Shown here one piece after another: positions 1 through 8,123 of a stretch of DNA of 24,096 nt. A program made the translations under genes and the position numbers. Every line of letters begins with the position of its first letter. The first letter of the stretch is position 1. The notes under the pieces were generated by a model, which was given only the letters and a program-made list of their open reading frames with translations, did not search any database and was not told the origin of the DNA. The DNA is from a virus. Taxonomy: Duplodnaviria; Caudoviricetes. The stretch is from positions 1 to 24,096 of the IMG/VR virus record IMGVR_UViG_3300029183_000434; one strand, 5' to 3'.

Positions 1-17
1 GTTTCCCAGTCACGATC
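1..17 (+). other. Random-amplification (Round A/B, SISPA-type) primer sequence; artefact
   Basis: GTTTCCCAGTCACGATC is the M13-derived primer B sequence; its reverse complement ends the window. Confidence 0.93.
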
Positions 18-163
18 AGGCGGGAGATGGCAGGCGCTGCCGCCTGAAAGATTCCGGATCGTTCCAGACGGTTCGTGTGCGTTCCCCTTTAGTCCAGTGC
101 GTTTTTCCACAAGTGCGTTTCCGCTTCCGTCAGGGACTTCCCTCCTGTTGGCCATGGCGGACC

Positions 164-195
164 GGCTGGGTGAGGCGTCACAGGCTCACCCAGCC
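164..195. terminator. 11-bp perfect hairpin, possible terminator
   Basis: GGCTGGGTGAG (164-174) / CTCACCCAGCC (185-195), 10-nt loop, followed by only a weak T tract (ATTTC). Confidence 0.4.
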
Positions 196-372
196 ATTTC
201 ATAGGTTTTACCTAGGTTAAAAGGGGCAGTGATGCGACCCGTCGAAACCCGCGAAATCGAACGAAAAGGCGTGAAACAGCGCGTAATTGTTGAGCGACGC
301 GGCGTCGGAAAACGTTCCACATCGCTCCAGAAAGCCCTCGAAGAGTTCGAAAAGATTTCGGATTGTTCCAGG

Positions 373-381
373 TTATCCACA
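373..381 (+). promoter_or_regulatory. DnaA box upstream of gcrA
   Basis: Perfect TTATCCACA just before the AGGAGA RBS (387-392). Confidence 0.5.
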
Positions 382-398
382 GGCACAGGAGAAACCTG

Positions 399-908
399 AT
401 GGTGGGGTGGAGCAAGGAGCGGGTTGATCTTCTGACCAAGCTTTGGAACCAAGGATTGACGGCTGGGCAGATTGAATCCCGCATGGGCGGTACAACACGT
501 AGCGCCATATTGGGAAAGATTCACCGTCTAGGTCTAACCGGTAGGGCTAAGACATCGCGGTTCAAGGCCGGATACTCCAAAAAACCAAGAAAAAAACGTG
601 CGCCAAAGCAACTTCGATTCGGCGCGCCCCGCGCTCCGTGGCTCAATGAATTGCTACCGCCAGACCTGCAGTCGTTCGATCTTGCTGATGAACTTGTTAT
701 TCCCGAATCAGATCGCAGATCGGTTATCACCCTAGGGGACAAAGAGTGCCGTTGGGGAATTGGAGATCCAACCGACGCTGACTTCCATTTTTGCGGCAAA
801 AAACAGGCTGTTGGCTCATCTTATTGTCCGTTTCACCACGCCAAGACATACCGCCAGGTCATGCCGGAACGACGTAAATCCTATCGCGATGTGGAGAAAG
901 CCGGATGA
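399..908 (+). CDS. gcrA: GcrA family cell-cycle regulator
   Basis: N-terminal WSKERVDLLTKLWNQGLTAGQIESRMGGTTRSAILGKIHRLGL; C-terminal CRWGIGDP..FHFCG..SYCPFH; ATG 399 follows AGGAGA. Confidence 0.93.
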   Translation: MVGWSKERVDLLTKLWNQGLTAGQIESRMGGTTRSAILGKIHRLGLTGRAKTSRFKAGYSKKPRKKRAPKQLRFGAPRAPWLNELLPPDLQSFDLADELVIPESDRRSVITLGDKECRWGIGDPTDADFHFCGKKQAVGSSYCPFHHAKTYRQVMPERRKSYRDVEKAG

Positions 909-991
909 ACCCCTACCTCCGCCTGACCTGCTACATCATAGCGGCAGGAATAATAATGATTGTCTTTGGTGCGGTGGTGCTGGGGCCATGA
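905..991 (+). CDS. 28-aa single-TM peptide (MNPYLRLTCYIIAAGIIMIVFGAVVLGP)
   Basis: ATGA overlaps with both neighbours; hydrophobic core; not in the ORF track. Confidence 0.6.
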   Translation: MNPYLRLTCYIIAAGIIMIVFGAVVLGP

Positions 992-1395
992 CCAAACCGA
1001 AGCGGATACAACGAAAGCGCACGAAGGGCTGGAGAATGCCCGAAGGTGCTCGCTATGTCGGACGCGGCACGAAGTTTGGAAATCCTTTCGTGGTTGGTGA
1101 ACCGCATCCAATAAGTGGAATCCCAATGTCGCGCGAGGCTTGTGTGAATTTCTTTCGAAGCGGATTGATCGGGGCGCGTGAATCCTGGACAGGGGGGCAA
1201 AATAGCATTTTTTTTGGTCCGATGTCCCACATATACGACGCATGGGAAGCGCTTTGTCCGCACCTTGAATATGTACGAATGGAACTGGATCTCAAGGAAT
1301 TGCGCGGGAAGGATCTTGCGTGCTGGTGTGGCCTTGATCAGCTTTGCCATGCCGATGTCCTGCTTGAACTTGCGAATGAAGAGGTTCCGGCATGA
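988..1395 (+). CDS. DUF4326 domain protein
   Basis: PKRIQRKRTKGWRMPEGARYVGRGTKFGNPF ... ELRGKDLACWC...CHADVLLELAN. Confidence 0.85.
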   Translation: MTKPKRIQRKRTKGWRMPEGARYVGRGTKFGNPFVVGEPHPISGIPMSREACVNFFRSGLIGARESWTGGQNSIFFGPMSHIYDAWEALCPHLEYVRMELDLKELRGKDLACWCGLDQLCHADVLLELANEEVPA

Positions 1396-1556
1396 CTAAC
1401 CTCACTCCAGAGCAAGAATCCGACGACGGTCTCAAGAGATATGGCGTAGCGATTCGCCCTTTAAGGTTGCGTGGAATCCGCCGTGGAGAATTCAAACCTA
1501 ATCCTGATGATCCGAAAGAAATGGCCGCTGCACGGCTGGCGAGGGTGGTGGAATGA
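1392..1556 (+). CDS. 54-aa hypothetical protein
   Basis: Fills the gap exactly, with ATGA overlaps at both ends. Confidence 0.6.
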   Translation: MTNLTPEQESDDGLKRYGVAIRPLRLRGIRRGEFKPNPDDPKEMAAARLARVVE

Positions 1557-2788
1557 GCGTGCGAATCATAAACGCGGATGTTTTTGACGGGCTCTCCCAA
1601 CTAGAGGACGAGTCTATTCATTGCTGCGTGTGCTCGCCGCCTTACTGGGGCCTTCGCGATTATGGCGGTGTTGAGGGGCAAATCGGCCTTGAACCAACTC
1701 TCGCCGAGCACCTTGAAACAATGGTCCGCGTTTTTGAGGAAGTTCGCCGCGTTCTCCGCAAGGATGGAACACTGTGGTTGAACTACGGTGATTGCTACGC
1801 GACGTCTCCGAATGGACGGTCTGCGGCGGATACGAAGTCCGCCGGTAACGACGACCGGACGTTCCGGGACAAGCCGTTCTCGACTGTTGGCCCCATCTAC
1901 GTGGCAGACCACGAAAGTGGAGACCGGCGAGGTAAAGAGGGTAACAAGCAGCACACATCCGGCGGTATGGCGGGAAATACAGGACGCGTTGTTGCCGGTG
2001 TATACTTAAAACCAAAAGATCTCTGTATGCTCTCAAACCGTCTTGCGATCGCACTACAGGATGCCGGGTGGTGGGTGCGCTCTGAAATCATATGGGCCAA
2101 ACCGAACCCAATGCCGGAATCGGTTACGGACCGCCCTACAACATCTCATGAAAAAATCTGGTTACTCAGCAAATCAGCCAAGTATTTCTATGATGCAGAG
2201 GCGGTTCGCGAGCCAGCATCTTATCTCGGTCCGAACTCCCCCGAATCAATCAAATCCCCCTACGGGCAAGGTTTTACGCGTCGCGCCGACAAAGGGAATG
2301 CAAACGGGTTCCGTGGCGGATCTTATGTGAACGGTGAGCCGGGACCACGCACCAAGAAGGGGAACAAGCAGCGCGGGCATGGCCGCCGTCACGACGGTTT
2401 CAACGACCGCTGGGATCTGATGTCGAAAGAGGAACAGCAATCCTTTAGCCGGAACTGTCGGAACGTTTGGACCGTGGCGACAAAGCCGTTCGCCGATGCC
2501 CATTTTGCTACGTTCCCCCCAGAAATCCCGGAAAAATGTATCAAGGCTGGCTGCCCCGAGGGCGGCATTGTTTTGGATATTTTCGGTGGCGCCGGCACAA
2601 CAGGGCTGGTTGCTGATCGACTGGGCCGTGATGCGATCCTGATCGAACTCAATCCCGACTATGCCGAAATGGCACGAAAACGCATCGAATCCGATGGACC
2701 GTTATTTGCTGACGTCACAGCACCGGTTCAACAACCGGATTCGCAATCAGATCTCATAGAATCACTAGAGGGGCAAGATGGGGGTTAA
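1553..2788 (+). CDS. Orphan N4-cytosine/N6-adenine DNA methyltransferase (beta class)
   Basis: Motif IV SPPY near the N-terminus; IIWAKPNPMPES, HFATFP; motif I VLDIFGGAGTT near the C-terminus. Confidence 0.92.
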   Translation: MSVRIINADVFDGLSQLEDESIHCCVCSPPYWGLRDYGGVEGQIGLEPTLAEHLETMVRVFEEVRRVLRKDGTLWLNYGDCYATSPNGRSAADTKSAGNDDRTFRDKPFSTVGPIYVADHESGDRRGKEGNKQHTSGGMAGNTGRVVAGVYLKPKDLCMLSNRLAIALQDAGWWVRSEIIWAKPNPMPESVTDRPTTSHEKIWLLSKSAKYFYDAEAVREPASYLGPNSPESIKSPYGQGFTRRADKGNANGFRGGSYVNGEPGPRTKKGNKQRGHGRRHDGFNDRWDLMSKEEQQSFSRNCRNVWTVATKPFADAHFATFPPEIPEKCIKAGCPEGGIVLDIFGGAGTTGLVADRLGRDAILIELNPDYAEMARKRIESDGPLFADVTAPVQQPDSQSDLIESLEGQDGG

Positions 2789-3326
2789 ACCTGGTTTCAT
2801 GATGGGACAACAGACCAAAAAAACGACTGTCGTGGCCTTTCCGGTTGGTAAACCAACCAAAGTGGAAGTTTTGCAACCAAAGCGCCCTTCGAACGGCCGT
2901 CGTCGGTCAAAATCCAAAAACCGCACGCATTTGCAGCAACTCGCATCCCGTGATGCAGCCGTTCGAGCCTTCATTCTAGCGCAACGAACATGGGAATCCG
3001 AGTTCCGTGAACACAATATCACATATGAGTGCTTAGCCTCTGGTGTTGTGGTCGATCGGGTGCAACTTGTCGGCTGGGTCGAGGTCAACACGCTCTATGC
3101 CCGCTTCCGTGACTGGCACGAGCTTGAAGGCAAGGATCACGGCCATGAGCTTATGAGTGCGCGTGCCTTCAGGAACGCGTGCGAAAGAGAAAAACTTGAA
3201 TCAAAACGTATCTGGGATGCTGAAGAACGCCGTCACCACACGCACAGACGAATCAAACAACCTCACCCAGCAATGCACGGAACAGTCCTAGAGCCTGTTC
3301 TGGAGGATGTGAGGAAGGCGGCATGA
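2778..3326 (+). CDS. Hypothetical protein, possible C-terminal winged-helix DNA-binding domain
   Basis: Overlaps both neighbours; LYARFRDW..EG...MSARAFRNA resembles the primase C-terminal wHTH pattern. Confidence 0.6.
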   Translation: MGVKPGFMMGQQTKKTTVVAFPVGKPTKVEVLQPKRPSNGRRRSKSKNRTHLQQLASRDAAVRAFILAQRTWESEFREHNITYECLASGVVVDRVQLVGWVEVNTLYARFRDWHELEGKDHGHELMSARAFRNACEREKLESKRIWDAEERRHHTHRRIKQPHPAMHGTVLEPVLEDVRKAA

Positions 3327-3514
3327 GGGTTACTTTGGTCACAGCCTTGAGAATGGTTTGCGTACTTGCTGCAATGAGGGCGGCTGCCGAGGTGGATAGA
3401 TGGGTGTGGTCAGCAACGCTGGCAGAAGCGAAGGCCAACATTACAATGGTTCTGATTGCTACGGCCCTTGGGCTTCTCTGGGATGAGGGAAGGGAATGTA
3501 GAAAGGAGAAATAA
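3323..3514 (+). CDS. Small membrane protein
   Basis: ATGA overlap; two hydrophobic segments. Confidence 0.55.
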   Translation: MRVTLVTALRMVCVLAAMRAAAEVDRWVWSATLAEAKANITMVLIATALGLLWDEGRECRKEK

Positions 3515-3643
3515 ATGCTTGCCATACCGTGGACAAAATTGATTGCAGGCAGCATAATAGCAGGGTTGTTCTTCGGGCTGGCCTCTGGAACCGGTGAATT
3601 TGCCGCCAACGAAGCTCTGACCTACATCCAAGTACAGCGTTAA
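3515..3643 (+). CDS. 42-aa membrane peptide (MLAIPWTKLIAGSIIAGLFFG...)
   Basis: AAGGAG RBS at 3503-3508; ATG directly after the upstream TAA. Confidence 0.65.
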   Translation: MLAIPWTKLIAGSIIAGLFFGLASGTGEFAANEALTYIQVQR

Positions 3644-3672
3644 AAAGAAAGAGCCCGACCGAAGCCGGGCTC
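3642..3672 (-). terminator. Intrinsic terminator-like hairpin (T tract on the minus strand)
   Basis: GAGCCCG/CGGGCTC stem preceded by AAAAAGAAA. Confidence 0.55.
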
Positions 3673-3716
3673 GAATTTCGCGGATCGAAGCACTGCCAGG
3701 TGCCGGGATCCAATTG

Positions 3717-3725
3717 TTATCCACA
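3717..3725 (+). promoter_or_regulatory. DnaA box upstream of the replication gene cluster
   Basis: Perfect TTATCCACA shortly before the GAGGAG RBS. Confidence 0.45.
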
Positions 3726-3753
3726 CTCGACTGTCCATGAGGAGTTAACGGAT

Positions 3754-4017
3754 ATGACGCAACATATCGTTCAAAACCCCCAACATGTCAATACATTTAG
3801 CGCCTCACATATTGTGCAGGCCCTACAACGCGGCGATTTTTCCACAGTCGGCGTGATGATCCAGACTCACCCGGCATGGCAGGCTCTGGAGTTCAAGAAC
3901 GAAGCCCGTCACTTTGCTGATATTGCCATCGCTGGAGAAGGACAGAGGATACACAACGAGCTTGAACGAATCGTTTTTGAGCTTGAGTCCATCGCAGCGC
4001 GGAGGGCGCGGCGGTGA
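3754..4017 (+). CDS. Hypothetical protein
   Basis: GAGGAG RBS; GTGA overlap with the next gene. Confidence 0.7.
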   Translation: MTQHIVQNPQHVNTFSASHIVQALQRGDFSTVGVMIQTHPAWQALEFKNEARHFADIAIAGEGQRIHNELERIVFELESIAARRARR

Positions 4018-4406
4018 GTAAATCCGAGCGAATCAGAGAGCTTTTACAAACAACGGACCATTCGACCGGTGAAATTGCAGATATTGTCGGCTGCCGCATC
4101 GAGTACGTCCGGGTTGTTCGCCAAAGGATGAAAGGCAATTGCGCATCCACACGGTGGCGAAAGAACAACCGTGATCTCCAAAACGAACGCCGCCGAATTC
4201 GCTATGAATCAGATCCTGAATTCCGGGAGAGGATGAAAAAAGCGTGGCGTGATCACTACGTAAAAAACCGCCAGCGCTACATAAAATACTCCGCCGAATA
4301 CCGCGCAAAAAAATACACTGAAGATCCGGAATATCGTGAAAAAATAAAAGCTTACAGGCGCGATCTGTACGCCCGTAAAAAGGCCGAGAGGGAGGCGCGG
4401 ACATGA
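4014..4406 (+). CDS. HTH protein with Arg/Tyr-rich helical repeats
   Basis: HSTGEIADIVGCRIEYVRVVRQR HTH; repeated YESDPEFRER / YTEDPEYREK. Confidence 0.7.
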   Translation: MSKSERIRELLQTTDHSTGEIADIVGCRIEYVRVVRQRMKGNCASTRWRKNNRDLQNERRRIRYESDPEFRERMKKAWRDHYVKNRQRYIKYSAEYRAKKYTEDPEYREKIKAYRRDLYARKKAEREART

Positions 4407-4513
4407 GTAGAAGCGCTTTCAAGGAGATTGTTGTGAACGCCTACTGCGATGGCTGGCTCTCGTTAGAATTATCGCAGACGCTGATACGCGTCCTCCATTT
4501 AGAGGACGCGTGA
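4403..4513 (+). CDS. 36-aa leader ORF coupled to the initiator gene
   Basis: ATGA and GTGA overlaps; GGAGG RBS upstream. Confidence 0.6.
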   Translation: MSRSAFKEIVVNAYCDGWLSLELSQTLIRVLHLEDA

Positions 4514-5289
4514 TGAGCAACAACGGCGTCAACAATGATGGCTGGTTTGCGGTATCGCGCATGATTTTTGATCATCACATGATTGGAATCCATAACCGGG
4601 CCTACACCAAGTTCGAAGCGTGGCTTTGGATGTGCGGAAACGCCAATTGGAGAGAGCGTACAATTACGGTCAAAGGGACTGAGATGACCTTGTGCCGTGG
4701 AGACCTTCTTGGCGCCCGCAGTTACCTAGCTTCCGTATGGAAGTGGACGCCAAAGCAAGTGCGGGGGTTTCTTGACAAGCTAGAGGCCGCGGATATGGCC
4801 AAAAGAACGATTCCCAATCAGGGCACGGATCAGGGCCAGAAAAAGGGCCACCTTCCAAACGTGTTAACCATTTGTAATTACGCGCATTTTCAAGATCAAA
4901 CCGGATTTGAGGGCCACCTAAACGGCCACACTGAGGGCCACCAAAGGGCCACCAAAGGGCCACACCCTAACCATGGAACCATTAAACCAGAAGAAAGTAC
5001 TCCTACGGAGACGCCCGAGGCGTCCCTCCGTCAGGTCGTGTGGGAGAAGGGCAAGGTTCTGCTGGCAAACGGTTCTCGTGACCCAAAGTACATGGGCGGC
5101 ATCATCGGAAAGGCCATCAAGCAAACTGATATCGGAATTACGCTGGAAGCGTTGATTGCGGTTGAGCGGGAGCATCCAGCCGATCCTGTGGGGTACTTCA
5201 ACGGGATCATCAAGAAAAAGGCCAGTGGCAAGCCAAAGAACGAGCAAGGTCATTTTGCGGTCGCAAACGACGGGGTGAAGCGGGGATGA
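4510..5289 (+). CDS. Phage replication initiator (replisome organiser-like)
   Basis: GWFAVSRMIFDH...EAWLW...LCRG...LASVWKW..KQVRGFLDKLE wHTH; internal iterons; lies upstream of the primase/helicase. Confidence 0.8.
   Translation: MMSNNGVNNDGWFAVSRMIFDHHMIGIHNRAYTKFEAWLWMCGNANWRERTITVKGTEMTLCRGDLLGARSYLASVWKWTPKQVRGFLDKLEAADMAKRTIPNQGTDQGQKKGHLPNVLTICNYAHFQDQTGFEGHLNGHTEGHQRATKGPHPNHGTIKPEESTPTETPEASLRQVVWEKGKVLLANGSRDPKYMGGIIGKAIKQTDIGITLEALIAVEREHPADPVGYFNGIIKKKASGKPKNEQGHFAVANDGVKRG
4820..4963 (+). repeat. Iteron array, putative replication origin
   Basis: AGGGCCAC-like units at 4820, 4832, 4844 and 4910, 4922, 4934, 4945, 4956, flanking an AT-richer spacer. Confidence 0.75.
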
Positions 5290-5636
5290 CGAAATCAACC
5301 TCAAGTATCTTGCAGGGCGCGGGAATTGTCTTGGATAAGGAAACGGCCGGGAGTCATCGGGCGCTGTGTCCCGAGTGTAGTCATGGCCGGAAGAAAAGCT
5401 CAGATAAATGTCTTAGTGTAAAAATCGATGGTTCGGGAGTGCGTTGGAATTGCTGGAACGGCGAGTGCGACTTTAGCGGCGGGGAATATTATGATGATGC
5501 ACCTGGATTTGAATCACGCAGAATGGCTGGAGGCGCGGGCACTGGACAGCGAGACGGCGGCAAAGCTCGGACTTTACAGCGTCAGCACGGCGCACGGTGG
5601 GCAAGCGCTCGTCGCACCCTACATTCGCAACGGTGA
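5286..5636 (+). CDS. Primase zinc-binding domain as a separate ORF
   Basis: CPECSHGRKKSSDKCLSVKID...WNCWNGECDFSG. Confidence 0.8.
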   Translation: MTKSTSSILQGAGIVLDKETAGSHRALCPECSHGRKKSSDKCLSVKIDGSGVRWNCWNGECDFSGGEYYDDAPGFESRRMAGGAGTGQRDGGKARTLQRQHGARWASARRTLHSQR

Positions 5637-6915
5637 GGCGGTTAATCGTCAGTTTCGTACAACGGATGAAAAAAAGTTCTGGCTTGAAGAGGGTGCCGAC
5701 ATGGCGTTCTTCAACGAGGATGTGCTGCGTGATCCGGAACTTAAAGGCTATCCATTGATCATCACGGAAGGTTGGTTGGATTCGATTGCCGCTATCCAGG
5801 CCGGGTTTCCAAAAACCATATCCGTTCCGAACGGCGTGAACTCGAACCTCGAATTCGTCGATAGCGAACTCGGTGGACTTCCAAACGAAATCGATATCAT
5901 CTTAGCGGTTGATCGCGACGATGCTGGCGCCAAACTCGGCAAGGCTCTGCTGAACATGTTTGGTGCGGCGCGGTGCAAATATCTCCCTTATCCCAAAGAA
6001 TGCAAAGATCTGAATGACGTTACCGAGAAATACGGCAACGAAGGGGTTGCAACGCTTATCGAGAAAGCAAAATGCTACCCGGTCCCAGGCCTCTACAAAC
6101 TCAGCGCTTACCCCGATATCCCGGTCCCTAGAACTTACGAGGTCGGCTGGACAAACATGAACCAGACGCTGCGTATGTGGCGCGGCGAATTCATGGTGGT
6201 GACGGGTGTTCCGGGCCACGGCAAGAGCCTCTGGACACTCAATCTGATTTCGCAATTGTGTGAGATGCATGATCATCGAGCATGTGTTGCTTCTTTCGAA
6301 ATGCCGACCGTTCCTTATGTTCGAGATATCTTCCGCGTTCACCTTGCGGGGCAGCAAGACCGAAATCGGTTCGATTACCGCGTTACTGATAAGTGGATTG
6401 AGGAGAAAATCACGTTCATCGATCCAACGCCTATGGGGATTTCTGATCTCAAAACGCCGGATGCAACGATCGACTGGATTCTGGAAACGGCGGAAACCGC
6501 TGTCATTCGCCATGGTTGCGATTGGTTGCTGCTTGATCCGTGGAACCAGATCCACCACGACATTGCCGGTCATGGTTCAGCGGAGTATCAGCGTCAAGCA
6601 ATTATGAAATGCAAAGCATTTGGTCGCAGCATGGATTGCGGTGTGGTCGTTGTTGCACATCCAACAAAGGATGTGAAAATGCCCAACGGGCAAATTCGCA
6701 AACCCAATCTCTACGATATTGATGGCTCGGCCCATTGGTACAACGCTGCAGACCACGGGATAGTCATTGATCGCGATACAACGAAATCTTTGATGGAGGT
6801 GGAGACAAAAAAGTCTCGCCACAGGTCAGGGGGCATGCCGGGTTCAGCTTGGTTGAACTACGTTGAGCAGGAAGGCCGTTATCATGAAGCGGTCGCACCA
6901 GAGAACGGGGGTTGA
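5491..6915 (+). CDS. TOPRIM primase / SF4 helicase (T7 gp4/Twinkle-like)
   Basis: TOPRIM IITEGWLD and DRDDAG; Walker A TGVPGHGKS; LLLDPWN, VVAHPTK, DIDGSAHWYN; ATG 5491 after GGCGGGG. Confidence 0.92.
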   Translation: MMMHLDLNHAEWLEARALDSETAAKLGLYSVSTAHGGQALVAPYIRNGEAVNRQFRTTDEKKFWLEEGADMAFFNEDVLRDPELKGYPLIITEGWLDSIAAIQAGFPKTISVPNGVNSNLEFVDSELGGLPNEIDIILAVDRDDAGAKLGKALLNMFGAARCKYLPYPKECKDLNDVTEKYGNEGVATLIEKAKCYPVPGLYKLSAYPDIPVPRTYEVGWTNMNQTLRMWRGEFMVVTGVPGHGKSLWTLNLISQLCEMHDHRACVASFEMPTVPYVRDIFRVHLAGQQDRNRFDYRVTDKWIEEKITFIDPTPMGISDLKTPDATIDWILETAETAVIRHGCDWLLLDPWNQIHHDIAGHGSAEYQRQAIMKCKAFGRSMDCGVVVVAHPTKDVKMPNGQIRKPNLYDIDGSAHWYNAADHGIVIDRDTTKSLMEVETKKSRHRSGGMPGSAWLNYVEQEGRYHEAVAPENGG

Positions 6916-6922
6916 TGGGACA

Positions 6923-7705
6923 ATGGATGCAAATGAGACAAATTCTGAAACTAAGCCCGAAGAATGCCATGACATTACAATTGCGGAGTTTGTGACGCGG
7001 GGAACTGAAATAAATGATGTGCTCAACCAACGTCTGAGTGATGCAAGGGAAGAACTGGAAGAGGCTGCCAAGTACCTCGCAACGCTCAACATGCAGATGG
7101 ATTTTTTGCAAGATACGCTTTTGCCCGATTTACATCACGCATCCATCGATACAAGCACTTACGAGCGGATGTTTTCTAGAATGAAGCGCAATACGGTTGA
7201 CGCATACAGCAGCCTTCGCGACTGCGATGTGAGTGTTGCGGAATCGGAACACTGGAAGAAAAATTTTCTATCTCTTGTCAACCGCACCAACGACACTTCT
7301 TTGAGGGAAATTCGTCATTTGTCATGCGCGCGGTTGAGTGCGATTAGGGAAAAAAGAACCGAGATCAAACTTCTCGAAGAGAAATACACGAGCCCAAAAA
7401 GCAACTACGCGCGTCACCGCATCGATGATCCCGCAATAAGACAGAAGGTGTGGGATTTGACCGATGGTCGATGTGTGTATTGTGATGTTCAGACAATGCG
7501 AGATCTGGAGGACAAGCACGCACCCAACGCATTTCGAGTAGACCATTACAACCCAAAAGTATCTGGTGGTTGCGATCATTTTACCAACTACGTCCCGTGC
7601 TGCAACTCCTGCAACGGGCACAAGAGCGACAAGCACCCTGTTGAGTTCATCAAATCCCTCCGTGCCCGCTTTTCTGTCGTTTTGAACGAGGAGGACGCAG
7701 CGTGA
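6923..7705 (+). CDS. HNH endonuclease with N-terminal coiled coil
   Basis: CVYC...VDHYNPKVSGG..HFTNYVPCCNSCNGHK. Confidence 0.85.
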   Translation: MDANETNSETKPEECHDITIAEFVTRGTEINDVLNQRLSDAREELEEAAKYLATLNMQMDFLQDTLLPDLHHASIDTSTYERMFSRMKRNTVDAYSSLRDCDVSVAESEHWKKNFLSLVNRTNDTSLREIRHLSCARLSAIREKRTEIKLLEEKYTSPKSNYARHRIDDPAIRQKVWDLTDGRCVYCDVQTMRDLEDKHAPNAFRVDHYNPKVSGGCDHFTNYVPCCNSCNGHKSDKHPVEFIKSLRARFSVVLNEEDAA

Positions 7706-8121
7706 AAGAGGAAGAAAAATACATCGAACATGTTGTCTGCATGGATGATCTCGAAACCGATCTTGAGGTCATGCTGGATGATGTTAGGACAGCAAAAAAA
7801 CGCATGGCCAAACTCGGTGAAGAGTATCAGCAGTGTGAAATTTGCATGAATCTGTTCAAGCGCAATGCGCCGGCTGCGGAAATTCCGGAAAGATTTGAGG
7901 GTTCTCCATTCTGCGAGCACTGCTGCCATCAATTTGAGCGGGATGAAAACAGGGCACTGTTTGAAGAGATCGTTGCGGTCCTTCCGATGGGGAGACTTCG
8001 ACGCAAGGTTAAGGATGTTATTGAATGGACAGATGCTCGCAATAAGATTGAACGGGACAGGGCCAAGGAATTGAAAGTGTCGGCGACGACACTCCCCGCT
8101 ATTGATCCGGAACTTCACTAA
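7702..8121 (+). CDS. Hypothetical protein with a CxxC..CxxC zinc site
   Basis: CEIC and CEHC; GAGGAGG RBS; GTGA overlap. Confidence 0.7.
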   Translation: MKEEEKYIEHVVCMDDLETDLEVMLDDVRTAKKRMAKLGEEYQQCEICMNLFKRNAPAAEIPERFEGSPFCEHCCHQFERDENRALFEEIVAVLPMGRLRRKVKDVIEWTDARNKIERDRAKELKVSATTLPAIDPELH

Positions 8122-8123
8122 CC

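Noticed and set aside
1-17. Terminal inverted repeat suggesting a transposon or linear genome ends (with 24080-24096)
   Set aside because: It matches a laboratory random-PCR primer, and the right copy truncates a structural gene.
77-119. Three GTGCGTT direct repeats
   Set aside because: Short, unevenly spaced and near the primer-derived end; no supporting context.
760-987. Long N-terminal extension of the DUF4326 ORF in the track
   Set aside because: It overlaps gcrA; ATG 988 and a coupled 28-aa ORF explain the region better.
4820-4963. CRISPR-like or mini-array interpretation of the repeats
   Set aside because: Units are 8 bp with 3-4 bp gaps inside a coding gene, which fits iterons. No cas genes or spacer-sized intervals are present.
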